The position numbers were made by a program, and so were the translations under genes. Shown one piece after another: positions 1 to 9,792 of a DNA stretch of 64,000 nt (position 1 is the first letter of the stretch; each line of letters opens with the position of its first letter). The notes beneath the pieces were generated by a model, which worked only from the letters and a program-made list of their open reading frames with translations, was not told the DNA's origin and searched no databases. Source of the stretch: a virus (Duplodnaviria; Caudoviricetes); IMG/VR virus record IMGVR_UViG_3300044631_000812, positions 1,114 through 65,113 of that record. One strand, written 5' to 3'.

Positions 1-2856
1 GACTTTATAGATATTAACTACACTGTTGGCTACATATCTGACACAGTTACTTCAGAACCTAAACAGACATGGAGAAGTGATCGCGACTACGAGATTGGCA
101 TTGCATACTTGGATGATTACGGTCGAATGACTACCGTGCTTACGACTACAACTGATAACACAAGTAACAATCTATCTAACTCAGTATACATACCGCCAAC
201 CAATTCAAGCACAGCTAACTCATTACTTGTCAACATAAAAAACAAGGCACCTGAGTGGGCAACCGGATATCGATTCTTTGTAAAGCAATCTAAGACTGAA
301 TATTATAATATATTTCCAGTAACTTTTTTGGTATCTGGTTCTTACCGATATTTCTTGATTAATGAAGCAGACAGAGATAAGATTAAAGTAAATGGATATA
401 TTATATTCAAGTCTTCTGGTAATGGTCCTACACATTCAAACAAAAGATTTAAAGTTCTTGAGCTTGATCAAAAGGCTGCAAATGCTATTAATAGTGGTTC
501 ATTAGAAGGTCTTTACTTTAAGATTAAAGCTGATGCATCTGATACATTTATTAGCGCAACAAGTCAAGTGGTATTTAACTTTAACGGATCAGGTAGAGGT
601 CCTAAATTTATTGGATCTCCACTTGCAACAATTGATCCAGTTACGCAGAGAACAGCAAACGCAAGTATATCAAAAACATTAGCATACTATCACTTTAGTG
701 GTGATAATACTATACAAAATACTGGTCCTTCTGTCAATCTAATCAACATAAATTGTCAGACAGATGCAAGGTTAACTGTGCTAATAACTCCAAATAACAA
801 ATATAAAACAACTCTAACATTAGATCAATCGTCTTTCAGTGCTGAGGCAAATATCACTACATCACCTGTATCCATTACTATTGCAACCAACCAAACAGCA
901 AACCTGGTATTTCAACCTGGTACATACAACCCTGGAGATAGATTTGTATTTAACATAAGAGGAGTAGGAAGTAGAGCTGGAACACCTTCAGCTAGAAACA
1001 ACCCTAATTTCGGATTACCTGTAAACATAAATTCATTTAACAGAGATGAGTATGGAGGTGTTGCATTGTTGCAGGAACCTACAGGTAGCGTTATATATCC
1101 AGGTGCACAAATAGTAATAGATATTGAATATGACTGTGCTCCTGGAGATGGGTATAGAGCTAAAACTAATTCATTTACATCTACTAATTACTATACTAAT
1201 TTAGAAGAGTGGTTTTATGAGTCAGGTGCTTATTCAAGCTTTGTTCAATGGAAAGATGAAAACTCAACAAATAACATAGGATCAAAAGGAGTTACATTTA
1301 GAAACGGAATATCTTACAATAATGTTGGTTCCCAACTTTCAAATACCATAGTTCAAGTTCCTTTTTCTACACCTGGATCTAAATTATATATGTGTATACA
1401 AGGTTTTGGAGATGGATCTTTCAACCAAAAGAACGAAATAAAGGCATCTTTAAAAGTTACACAGACTCCATTAAATAATAAAATAACTGCCGAGACAGTT
1501 CCGGATAATGATGATGTAGATATATTCTACGAGATGAGCAGAACATATCCTGTTGATATTAATGGTAATCACATGGTTTTATGGAATTATGATAGATGTG
1601 TTGCTATTGGATCTGCTTTAAGATTAATTCAAGACGATAAAACACAACCTCATTATTTTAAAGATGGGCAGCAAGTATATATTACAGCAGCAAACATACC
1701 TGCAGCATTTTACACAATTACTGGTATTCCAGATAGATATACAATACAAATAAACTACGCAACAGCAACAGCAACCATCCCTGGTGGTGTTTCTGATAAC
1801 ATATTAGATAAAAACCAATCAGGAGTACTCAATCAAGCTGTTATTCAATTAAACAATATCGGCAACAAGAATTCAGACTATAACGCTTACTGCTATGGAA
1901 ATGGTGTTGAGTCTAACCGAATATTAGATGGATTCAATGAGCCATGGCTGAAGTACAGCCTGCGCGCTAGTGGTGTTATTGAGGATTATGAAGAGCAAAT
2001 AAAAGACACGTCGGTTACATATAGCGGCTTATATCGTTGGGATTCATCTATTAATAGATTGAATGAGTTCAACCTATCTCTTGCTAACTTCAAAAACCTA
2101 GACAAGAACTTTGGCACCGTCCAAAAACTTTACGCTAGAACAACTGACCTAGTGGTATTACACCAAGACAAAATAACTTCAGTTCTGTATGGCAAAAACT
2201 TATTGGTTGATGCCGTTGGTGGTGGATCAGTAGCCTCTGTGCCTGAAGTGCTTGGAACACAGATTGCCTTACCTTACGAGTTTGGTATATCATCAAATCC
2301 AGAGAGTTTTGCTGTATGGAGTGATCGAATGTACTTCTCTGATGCTAAGAGAGGTGTTGTTCTTCAAATGCAAGGCGATCAAGTAATGCAGATATCTCGA
2401 ATGGGTATGTCTGATTATTTTAGAGATTTAATGGCAAGCACGCCAAATATGGCTAAGCTTGGTGCATACGACCCATACAATCATAATTACGTGATTGCGT
2501 CTACAGATAGAAGAAATGTACCTTGCGATATACAGATTAATCCATATGCTGATTCTTTCCCTTACAATACAGCTGGAAGTCTTCAATATTTATTTGCACT
2601 ATCAGGTACAACAAGCTGGTCAATTACATTAATTAATAACGGATTTGGTACTAACTGGATTGAACTTCCTCCTTACTGTCAGACAGGTGTAGGTGCTCAA
2701 GATATATACGCAAGAATTCAAAATAACATCACTCTATCAAACAGAAGTGTTATTGTTAGAGTTGCATACTGTAACACATACGTAGACTACACATTAACTC
2801 AAGGTAGAACTAGAAAAATAGACTTTAATATTTTAACATTAGGCACAGATGGGTAA
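1..2856 (+). CDS. Tail stabilisation protein, central part (5' partial), with C-terminal BACON-like domain
   Basis: Frame 1 is open from position 1 (SDRDYEIGIAYLDDYGRMTT). Motifs GNGVESNRI, NRLNEFNLS..NFKNLD..FG.VQKL and YEFGISSNPESF recall tail stabilisation proteins of Bacteroidota podoviruses. The last ~80 aa (SWSI..NWI..G.G..N..R..V..TLTQ) are BACON-like. Confidence 0.75.
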   Translation, partial: DFIDINYTVGYISDTVTSEPKQTWRSDRDYEIGIAYLDDYGRMTTVLTTTTDNTSNNLSNSVYIPPTNSSTANSLLVNIKNKAPEWATGYRFFVKQSKTEYYNIFPVTFLVSGSYRYFLINEADRDKIKVNGYIIFKSSGNGPTHSNKRFKVLELDQKAANAINSGSLEGLYFKIKADASDTFISATSQVVFNFNGSGRGPKFIGSPLATIDPVTQRTANASISKTLAYYHFSGDNTIQNTGPSVNLININCQTDARLTVLITPNNKYKTTLTLDQSSFSAEANITTSPVSITIATNQTANLVFQPGTYNPGDRFVFNIRGVGSRAGTPSARNNPNFGLPVNINSFNRDEYGGVALLQEPTGSVIYPGAQIVIDIEYDCAPGDGYRAKTNSFTSTNYYTNLEEWFYESGAYSSFVQWKDENSTNNIGSKGVTFRNGISYNNVGSQLSNTIVQVPFSTPGSKLYMCIQGFGDGSFNQKNEIKASLKVTQTPLNNKITAETVPDNDDVDIFYEMSRTYPVDINGNHMVLWNYDRCVAIGSALRLIQDDKTQPHYFKDGQQVYITAANIPAAFYTITGIPDRYTIQINYATATATIPGGVSDNILDKNQSGVLNQAVIQLNNIGNKNSDYNAYCYGNGVESNRILDGFNEPWLKYSLRASGVIEDYEEQIKDTSVTYSGLYRWDSSINRLNEFNLSLANFKNLDKNFGTVQKLYARTTDLVVLHQDKITSVLYGKNLLVDAVGGGSVASVPEVLGTQIALPYEFGISSNPESFAVWSDRMYFSDAKRGVVLQMQGDQVMQISRMGMSDYFRDLMASTPNMAKLGAYDPYNHNYVIASTDRRNVPCDIQINPYADSFPYNTAGSLQYLFALSGTTSWSITLINNGFGTNWIELPPYCQTGVGAQDIYARIQNNITLSNRSVIVRVAYCNTYVDYTLTQGRTRKIDFNILTLGTDG

Positions 2857-5500
2857 AACTAAGCAGGCATTCAGCTACACAGGTAGCTCAACATACACAA
2901 TTGACAATGTGGTATTAAGTAGCAGCGCTATCGCTCTATTTGATACGTCCACAGGTGTCGGTGGCGTTGACTATATTCCATACGATGGGGCTACCGTCAC
3001 TGTGGTCGCTGGTGATGTTTTATCTGACTACCGACAGCTCGCACCAACTTTAAATAATAAGCTCTATTATTTGGTTTCAGACACTGCATACACAGCAGCT
3101 GACAAGACAACCATACTTAGCATAGCAACTGAAATACCGGTCATTTATTCGGCAGGAGTATTTACCGGCACATTTGTTTTCTTAAATCCAAATAACTATG
3201 AGTATGTATACTTGTTATGGGATTATGAGGATAAAATGGATACCGTTGCGTCATATAAAGGCGTAACCGATAGCCGAGCAATCGATATGCTTTTCGGGCC
3301 TAACATCGGGCGAGCTGGTATTAGTTTTAATACCGTTGACCCAGACCAACCAACAAGATATCAGATTGAATGGAACGGTGAGATTGTTGCGGATACTAAA
3401 TATGTCGGTTTAAATTCATCCGCAAACTACATAAAATTAGAAGCTGCAGGTATTCCCGCAGAAGATATTGGTCTTGTGGCTCCATACGATGGTCTTGTTA
3501 ATAATGGCACTGGCATTATTGAATTTTACAAAAATCTACCTGAAGGTGAAGCAAGTTTAATTGTATCTTCAGCAACTGCTAGTTCTACATGGATAGTAAA
3601 CAAGATTAATCCATATTTAACTCAGTTTTATATTGACCAAGATCCTGGAACAACTGCAAATGTATGCGCACAGTGTCCTGATGTCGCTATTTACCATAAT
3701 GGCATTGACGCTCTTCCAAACGTTGGAGATCAGTTGTTTACAACAAGCACAGGATCAGCAGTTTACGTTGGTGATGATTTTTTACATCTTATTGATACAA
3801 GATCATGCACTACTCCTCCAATATCAAACTTAAGTTATATTGAGATAAGCTCTACAGGTGAGGTTTTATCAAAACAAAGCTGTACATGTTCAGAGTTTGC
3901 GGTTCCATTTATTATTGCGGATCCAATTACAGCTAATACTAATACCTCAGAGAGTGTAACGATAGAGGTTATTAATAATCCTACTTCTTGGGTAGTTAGC
4001 TCAAGCACGTTACCCGATCAGGCAACTTTCTCAAATGGGACTATATATTTTGAAAATTGCCCTGCTGGTGTTTATTCAATAGAATTATCAGCATTAAATT
4101 GCGTAGGAAGAAGCTCATTAGTTACTATATCTGTAACAGTGTCAGACCTTGGCAACATGAAGCCTTTCTTAATTGACGTTGAGCAGTTTAAAGAATCTGG
4201 TAGAGATGCATGTCTAGTAATACCTACATTTACCTTAATGTACTTTGAGGGTGATGGTTACATACCAAACCTAATCGATACTGTATTCTACGACTCAGAA
4301 GGCTTACGTCCATTTATGGGAGGTAAGAAATGGTACTATATAAATGACTCAAACTACAGCATTCAGATTGATCAAGAAGGAACCATTATTGGAAAAAGTG
4401 TGTGTGTTGGAGCCACTACAACGACTACAACGACAAGCACAACAACACTACCTTCAGGCACCTATTTTAATGCAACATCATGCGTTGATAACACATTAAG
4501 TGTTGTACTAAGAAATTCATTAGGAACATCAATTGCAACAAATTTAGTTGTTAAAACAACAGACGGTAACTGTTGGAGAGTAACCGGATCAAGAACCGCA
4601 GCAACGCCATATTATAATGTTGTTACACCGATAGTTACATACGCTGACTGCACTGCATGTACTGGGACTACCACAACTACAACTACTAGCACAACCACAA
4701 CGTCAACGCCCGTCACTGGTTTTGACTTTGATGTTACGCCATTCAACACAGACCTATTGGCATGCACGTCCACACCGTCATATGTAACATACTATCACAC
4801 AGGCACATTAGCAGTAAACAGTTTTGTTTACACCAACTCAGGCGCCACAACACTATTTAATGGGGGGTTCTTGTGGTATTTAGTTAGAAAGTCAGGTGTG
4901 ACATATGCTTGCCTAGTCGCTGACACAGGTCAGATTCTAAAGCTATTGGCTTGCTCAGGTGTAACCACTACAACAACCACAACCACATTGCCTTTCTATT
5001 ACTACAATGGAACTAAATGTGTGGGCGGTGCTGCTGTACTAATGAGATACCAAGGCTTTGCTCCTTTAAGTTTGCCTAATTTCATAAAAGACAGTAACGG
5101 CGATTGCATAACAATCACGTCAGTAGCTTCACCTGGAGCGCAAAATGGTGACATATACTACACTTATGGAAGCTGTTCAGAGTGCGCTGCAACTACAACT
5201 ACTACAACAACTACTACAACTACAACAACGTCAACTACAACAACATCAACTACCACAACGACGATTGCTCCGTTGACGTCAATCACGCTGTCATACTCTT
5301 CTTCACAATCAACAGTTTGTACTGTTCTTGATATTGATAATTATTATGTAAATGGTGCAATTGGTGTCCCTGGAAATAATATCTTTACAAACCTTTTAGG
5401 CACTATTTCAGCGCCTGCTGGTTGGTACTTGAATTTAATTATTAATGTCGCGTATGAATGGGACGGATCAGACTGGACCGGAGCGACTAACGTTTGTTAA
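2849..5500 (+). CDS. Putative virion protein with Ig-like domain, Cys-rich modules and four poly-Thr (mucin-like) tracts
   Basis: 883-aa ORF overlapping both neighbours; Thr/Ser tracts near 4415, 4667, 4964 and 5192; CxxC pairs; He_PIG-like segment NNPTSW...LP...GVYSIELSALN. Confidence 0.75.
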   Translation: MGKTKQAFSYTGSSTYTIDNVVLSSSAIALFDTSTGVGGVDYIPYDGATVTVVAGDVLSDYRQLAPTLNNKLYYLVSDTAYTAADKTTILSIATEIPVIYSAGVFTGTFVFLNPNNYEYVYLLWDYEDKMDTVASYKGVTDSRAIDMLFGPNIGRAGISFNTVDPDQPTRYQIEWNGEIVADTKYVGLNSSANYIKLEAAGIPAEDIGLVAPYDGLVNNGTGIIEFYKNLPEGEASLIVSSATASSTWIVNKINPYLTQFYIDQDPGTTANVCAQCPDVAIYHNGIDALPNVGDQLFTTSTGSAVYVGDDFLHLIDTRSCTTPPISNLSYIEISSTGEVLSKQSCTCSEFAVPFIIADPITANTNTSESVTIEVINNPTSWVVSSSTLPDQATFSNGTIYFENCPAGVYSIELSALNCVGRSSLVTISVTVSDLGNMKPFLIDVEQFKESGRDACLVIPTFTLMYFEGDGYIPNLIDTVFYDSEGLRPFMGGKKWYYINDSNYSIQIDQEGTIIGKSVCVGATTTTTTTSTTTLPSGTYFNATSCVDNTLSVVLRNSLGTSIATNLVVKTTDGNCWRVTGSRTAATPYYNVVTPIVTYADCTACTGTTTTTTTSTTTTSTPVTGFDFDVTPFNTDLLACTSTPSYVTYYHTGTLAVNSFVYTNSGATTLFNGGFLWYLVRKSGVTYACLVADTGQILKLLACSGVTTTTTTTTLPFYYYNGTKCVGGAAVLMRYQGFAPLSLPNFIKDSNGDCITITSVASPGAQNGDIYYTYGSCSECAATTTTTTTTTTTTTSTTTTSTTTTTIAPLTSITLSYSSSQSTVCTVLDIDNYYVNGAIGVPGNNIFTNLLGTISAPAGWYLNLIINVAYEWDGSDWTGATNVC

Positions 5501-6417
5501 TGAAGACACTTAGGATGTTGTCAGCGCAACCTGCGCTTGACTACTACGCTTGGCAGATTGAGGTGTGCATACATAACTTTGCATCTCTCGGTTATAAGAA
5601 CATTGATATTGTAGCTGGATATCAGGATGAGATACCAGAGTCTTGGAATAAGTTATACCAAACTTATAGTGATATTGCTAGGTTCTTTTTCTATAAAGAC
5701 ACTATGGGAGATTGTAACTACCCGCCTGCTATTCAAGCTCATTTACTTCAGAAGCATTTCAAGAAACATCCAGAGTTAAAAAACGATGTGTTCTTTTTTC
5801 ATGACGCTGATTTTGTTTTCACTAAGTATATGGACTTTACTCCATACCTAGAGGGAGATATCTGGTACTTCTCAGACACTATCTCATATATAGGATATGA
5901 CTATATCATGAGCAAGGGTGAAGAAGTATTAAAGGCCATGTGTAACCAAGTTGGAATATCACGTAAACTAATTGAGTTTAATAAGAATAAAAGTGGTGGC
6001 GCTCAGAAGCTCATGAAGAATCTAACCTCACACTATTGGGGAAAAGTAGAGCAAGATAGCAAGGACTTATACAACCTACTGACTGGTCTTCAACATGTTA
6101 AGAAGGAAGGTGATCCGAACGGTATACAGGCATGGACTGCTAGTATGTGGGCCGAACTTTGGAACGCTTGGTTTTTCGGTCATCATGTTGAAGTACCAAA
6201 AGACTTTGATTTTGCTTGGGCAACCTGCCCTGCAGATCGATGGGATGATCTGTACTTCTTTCATAACGCCGGTGTTATAAATTCAACGCAAGGCATGTTT
6301 CACAAGGCTTCATATATGGATAGCCTTCCATTTGAGACAGACCTTCAGTTAGATCCAAACAGATGCTCATACAAGTATTATGAGATGATCAAGAGTATGA
6401 AAAGTTGCTTGGTCTAA
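5494..6417 (+). CDS. Putative GT-A glycosyltransferase, HPAT/SERGT1-like protein O-glycosyltransferase
   Basis: DxD motif in FFFHDADFVF; the order of YYAWQ, NYPPAI and WTASMW resembles plant peptidyl-Ser galactosyl-/Hyp arabinosyltransferases (recalled, not searched). Confidence 0.65.
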   Translation: MLMKTLRMLSAQPALDYYAWQIEVCIHNFASLGYKNIDIVAGYQDEIPESWNKLYQTYSDIARFFFYKDTMGDCNYPPAIQAHLLQKHFKKHPELKNDVFFFHDADFVFTKYMDFTPYLEGDIWYFSDTISYIGYDYIMSKGEEVLKAMCNQVGISRKLIEFNKNKSGGAQKLMKNLTSHYWGKVEQDSKDLYNLLTGLQHVKKEGDPNGIQAWTASMWAELWNAWFFGHHVEVPKDFDFAWATCPADRWDDLYFFHNAGVINSTQGMFHKASYMDSLPFETDLQLDPNRCSYKYYEMIKSMKSCLV

Positions 6418-6423
6418 AATTCG

Positions 6424-6431
6424 TAACTTTG
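6424..6431 (+). promoter_or_regulatory. Bacteroidota -7 promoter element TAACTTTG (leaderless)
   Basis: Matches TAnnTTTG; ATG follows after 4 nt (6436). Confidence 0.65.
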
Positions 6432-6435
6432 TTAT

Positions 6436-7203
6436 ATGATTATAGATACGCTTACATTCTCCAATAAGGCTGAGGGATGGACCTCTAGGTGGACCTATCG
6501 ACCAGAGTGGATGATTGGTCTTAACAGCACTTTCTTTTCATTTAAAGAAGGTAATCTATATCAGCATGACACCAATCAAACTAGGACACAGTTTTATAAT
6601 CAACCTGTTGACGATATTGATTTTTATGGTTTCTCTATAGAGACTATAATAAACGAGTCGCCTATAGAAACGAAAATGTTTAAGCTATTGAACTTGGACT
6701 GCACGCACGCATTAGATGTGATAGGTGCTACAGATCTAGATCAGATTCAAATGGATAGCTCTCAGTTTGTTAAGAAAGAAGGTGACTTCTATTCATACCT
6801 AAGAAGGCCACAAGGGCAGTTGAATTTCGATCTTGTATCTATTCAAGGTGTAGGATTGGTTGACTCTGTTGCTGGCTTAGTTATATCACTTGACGTACCA
6901 TTTACAAATATAAACCCTGGAGATACGTTATATAAAGGCAACATATCAGCAGGTCAGCTAACAAACATACAGCTAGTAGGATCAATCAGTGCAGCGGCAT
7001 CTCAACAAATAACAATAGCTACCGCATTTAGCAATACACCAAACCCTGGCGACTATTTATTCGTCAATAAAAACTCAACAGCTGAGTCATACGGAGCTAG
7101 AGGTAGGTATCTAAACCTAACAATGAGTCTAAGCGGTTCTGAGGCTACACCTGAAGTTGAGCTATTTGCTGTTAAGACGTCATTATTCAAAAGTTTTCCT
7201 TAA
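6436..7203 (+). CDS. C-terminal segment of the tail stabilisation protein, encoded separately
   Basis: TLTFS..AEGWTS..Y.PE.MIGLN..FFSFK.GNLYQH, FVKKEG.FY and ESYG.RG.Y..ELFAV resemble the usual C-terminus of this family. Confidence 0.65.
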   Translation: MIIDTLTFSNKAEGWTSRWTYRPEWMIGLNSTFFSFKEGNLYQHDTNQTRTQFYNQPVDDIDFYGFSIETIINESPIETKMFKLLNLDCTHALDVIGATDLDQIQMDSSQFVKKEGDFYSYLRRPQGQLNFDLVSIQGVGLVDSVAGLVISLDVPFTNINPGDTLYKGNISAGQLTNIQLVGSISAAASQQITIATAFSNTPNPGDYLFVNKNSTAESYGARGRYLNLTMSLSGSEATPEVELFAVKTSLFKSFP

Positions 7204-7208
7204 ATTTG
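7201..7208 (+). promoter_or_regulatory. Bacteroidota -7 promoter element TAAATTTG (leaderless)
   Basis: TAnnTTTG with ATG 4 nt later (7213). Confidence 0.6.
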
Positions 7209-7212
7209 TTAC

Positions 7213-7617
7213 ATGGAAGTTAGGTATCTTGATGACCGTGACTACGATGTTTTAGCGTCATGGTGGAAAGATTGGAGATGGACTCCACCGCCTAAAGATA
7301 TGCTGCCTCAAAATGGAAGAGGTGGATTGATGATTACAAAGGATGGTGAAGACATTTGCGCTGGATTCATCTATTTTACCAACTCGGCTACTGCTTGGGT
7401 TGAATTTATTGTATCTAACTTTCAATATAAAAACAAAGACCGAAAGGACGCTATTCTAATTTTGATTAACGCACTATCGGAGGTTGCTAAGGAAAATGGA
7501 TGCAAGTATGTATACACTTCACTTAAAAACCAAAGCTTAATAAACTACTATGCAGAGTGCGGATTCCAAAAGGGATCTGAGAACTGCACTGAAATGATAA
7601 AGATATGGCAGCAGTAA
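7213..7617 (+). CDS. GNAT-fold acetyltransferase-like protein
   Basis: 134 aa with ICAGFIY, AKENGCKYV and INYYAECGF GNAT pattern; lies between tail and ejection genes. Confidence 0.6.
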   Translation: MEVRYLDDRDYDVLASWWKDWRWTPPPKDMLPQNGRGGLMITKDGEDICAGFIYFTNSATAWVEFIVSNFQYKNKDRKDAILILINALSEVAKENGCKYVYTSLKNQSLINYYAECGFQKGSENCTEMIKIWQQ

Positions 7618-8336
7618 CATCAACATTAGTGGCATTAGGAGGAATTGGCCTTAGTGCCGCCCAGGCTATCAAGGCAAACAAAGATATGAGACAGGCAGCA
7701 AGAGCTAGTGATCTATCTAAACAGCAACTCAAGCAAATCAAAGAGACCAATCCATTCAAGGCTGTTCAGACACCTATGCTTGGCTTTGAGTTGGCACAAG
7801 AACAACAGAACCAAAGGACAGCTCAGCTTGCTCAAATGGTTACGGGTCTTGGTGCTGAAGGTGCTATTGGAGGCATCGGCCAGTTGGCTCAAGCAGGTAA
7901 CGAGCAAGATGTGCAATTAGCCGCTCAAGCTAATCAAACACAATTCCAAAGAGATATGGCACAAGCTGAGGCTGAGTCAGGTATTCAAGCCCGTAAAGCT
8001 GAGAGAGATTGGATGGCTGGTATTGGTGATATTCAAGAACAGAACATGAGACGAGCAGAGGCAGCTGCTAATAGAAATGCTGCAATATCAGGGGCTTTTA
8101 GTTCTTTAGGTACAGCTGCTTTAGGTGTTGATGAAATGATAGACCTTTACCGTAAAAACAAATCAATACCTAATACCAAAGCAGGTGCCGGAGGAGGTGT
8201 AAACTGGGATTATTTATTTGGAAATAAACCAAACTATCTAAACTTACAACAGCCTCAAAATATGGTTACTGGATCTAACATAAATAATCCTAACGCGGTG
8301 TTAGGTAATCAAGGAAACCAAGTACAACTACCATAA
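7605..8336 (+). CDS. Putative internal virion/ejection protein
   Basis: Ala/Gly/Gln-rich helical protein with hydrophobic N-terminus, in the typical podovirus position. Confidence 0.55.
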   Translation: MAAVTSTLVALGGIGLSAAQAIKANKDMRQAARASDLSKQQLKQIKETNPFKAVQTPMLGFELAQEQQNQRTAQLAQMVTGLGAEGAIGGIGQLAQAGNEQDVQLAAQANQTQFQRDMAQAEAESGIQARKAERDWMAGIGDIQEQNMRRAEAAANRNAAISGAFSSLGTAALGVDEMIDLYRKNKSIPNTKAGAGGGVNWDYLFGNKPNYLNLQQPQNMVTGSNINNPNAVLGNQGNQVQLP

Positions 8337-9772
8337 TGGCAATAAATCAAAACATATTTGGGTACATGCCAGTCGAATCTGTCGACTGGGCAAAGCAAAT
8401 GAATAGCCTTTCAGGTACTATATCTGGTATTGGTGAGCGTCGTGAAAAAGAGAAAGAATATCTAGATCAGTTAAAGACTGACAATATAAAGACTATTCAA
8501 CAATCGGACGCTAATTCAAGTCAGAATTTTGGGCAGATGATGCTTGGGGCTACTCAGGATGGTGTCAGTTTAATGAAGCAATGGAATGATGCCCTTAAAA
8601 GAGGTGAGCTAGATCCGAAGCAGTATAAGCAAAATATAAATAACTTCATGGAAAGCTGGGGTACTTTAGGCAATAGCATTAAGAGTTTTGATGCTAAGAA
8701 TGCCGAGCTTCAGAAAAGACTTCAAGACGGAACTGCATCAAAGGCATCTGTAGAGGCCGCTCAATATTTTGCTAAAATGGGGGATATTAAAAACATGAAA
8801 GTTTTTATCGACCCATCTAATGGCACCGTTAGCACAGGTAGATTAGATCCTAGAACCGGTCAAGTTATTCCTGATACTATTGACAGCGCAAAAACAAGTG
8901 CTGATCCAAGTAATGCTGTCTTTGATAAAATTAATTTAGCTGAGGCTGTGAGTCAAACCACAAAACTATGGAAACCATATGTTACTGAAAATGGCATTAC
9001 TACAGTAAGCGACTTAACTAAAAGAGAAGGATTTAGTTATGCTGTATCAGATCTTGTTGGTTCACTAACTAGCAACGATAGGATGACACTTAGTATACTA
9101 CAAGATAATACAAATGGTAACTATCAGACATACTATACAGAAGGTGATAGAACAGATTTATTGGTTGAAGCTGTCAATAGGGAGAATCAATCAAGAAGAT
9201 ATAGAGGCGAAAAGCCATTATCTGGTGGTGAATTAGATTCATTTATTAATGATGCGGGTAATAAACTTATAGCCATGAAGAAAGATCCTTCTGGTGTATA
9301 TCAACCTGTAATAACTGAGCTACACAAACAAGATGCTGAAAAAGCAGTTATCAACTCTATAGAGATGCAATTAGAATTTAAGTCCACGCAAGACGAGATT
9401 ACTTTCGGGCGTGGTGGTACTAGTTCAGAGATACCTAAGGAGAAGTTCAACACATTGTCTGAATATGTAGTTAACAATTGGGGATCTGCCTCAGCACTAA
9501 ATAATCAAGCTAGACCTGGTTATAAGTTTAAGTGGGATTCAGGAACTCTAAATGTATACAAAGAAGAATCTGATGGTAGAGGTGGAATTGACTTGACACT
9601 AATTGGGCCAATACCTTCACAGGTAGAGCTTGGTAAATATTTAGGAATAACAAACACTCAGCTAGATGACTGGAAAGCTGCTGTTGAGAGAGCTAAAGGT
9701 AAAAAACCAGCAGCTCCTGTTAAACCGAAGCCAAAGCCAAAGACTGGTGGATCAGGTGTTAAATGGGGTTAA
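8336..9772 (+). CDS. Putative internal virion protein
   Basis: 478-aa ORF, translationally coupled (TAATG), just before the giant gene. Confidence 0.5.
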   Translation: MAINQNIFGYMPVESVDWAKQMNSLSGTISGIGERREKEKEYLDQLKTDNIKTIQQSDANSSQNFGQMMLGATQDGVSLMKQWNDALKRGELDPKQYKQNINNFMESWGTLGNSIKSFDAKNAELQKRLQDGTASKASVEAAQYFAKMGDIKNMKVFIDPSNGTVSTGRLDPRTGQVIPDTIDSAKTSADPSNAVFDKINLAEAVSQTTKLWKPYVTENGITTVSDLTKREGFSYAVSDLVGSLTSNDRMTLSILQDNTNGNYQTYYTEGDRTDLLVEAVNRENQSRRYRGEKPLSGGELDSFINDAGNKLIAMKKDPSGVYQPVITELHKQDAEKAVINSIEMQLEFKSTQDEITFGRGGTSSEIPKEKFNTLSEYVVNNWGSASALNNQARPGYKFKWDSGTLNVYKEESDGRGGIDLTLIGPIPSQVELGKYLGITNTQLDDWKAAVERAKGKKPAAPVKPKPKPKTGGSGVKWG

Positions 9773-9792
9773 TAACAGATAAATAATAAAAC

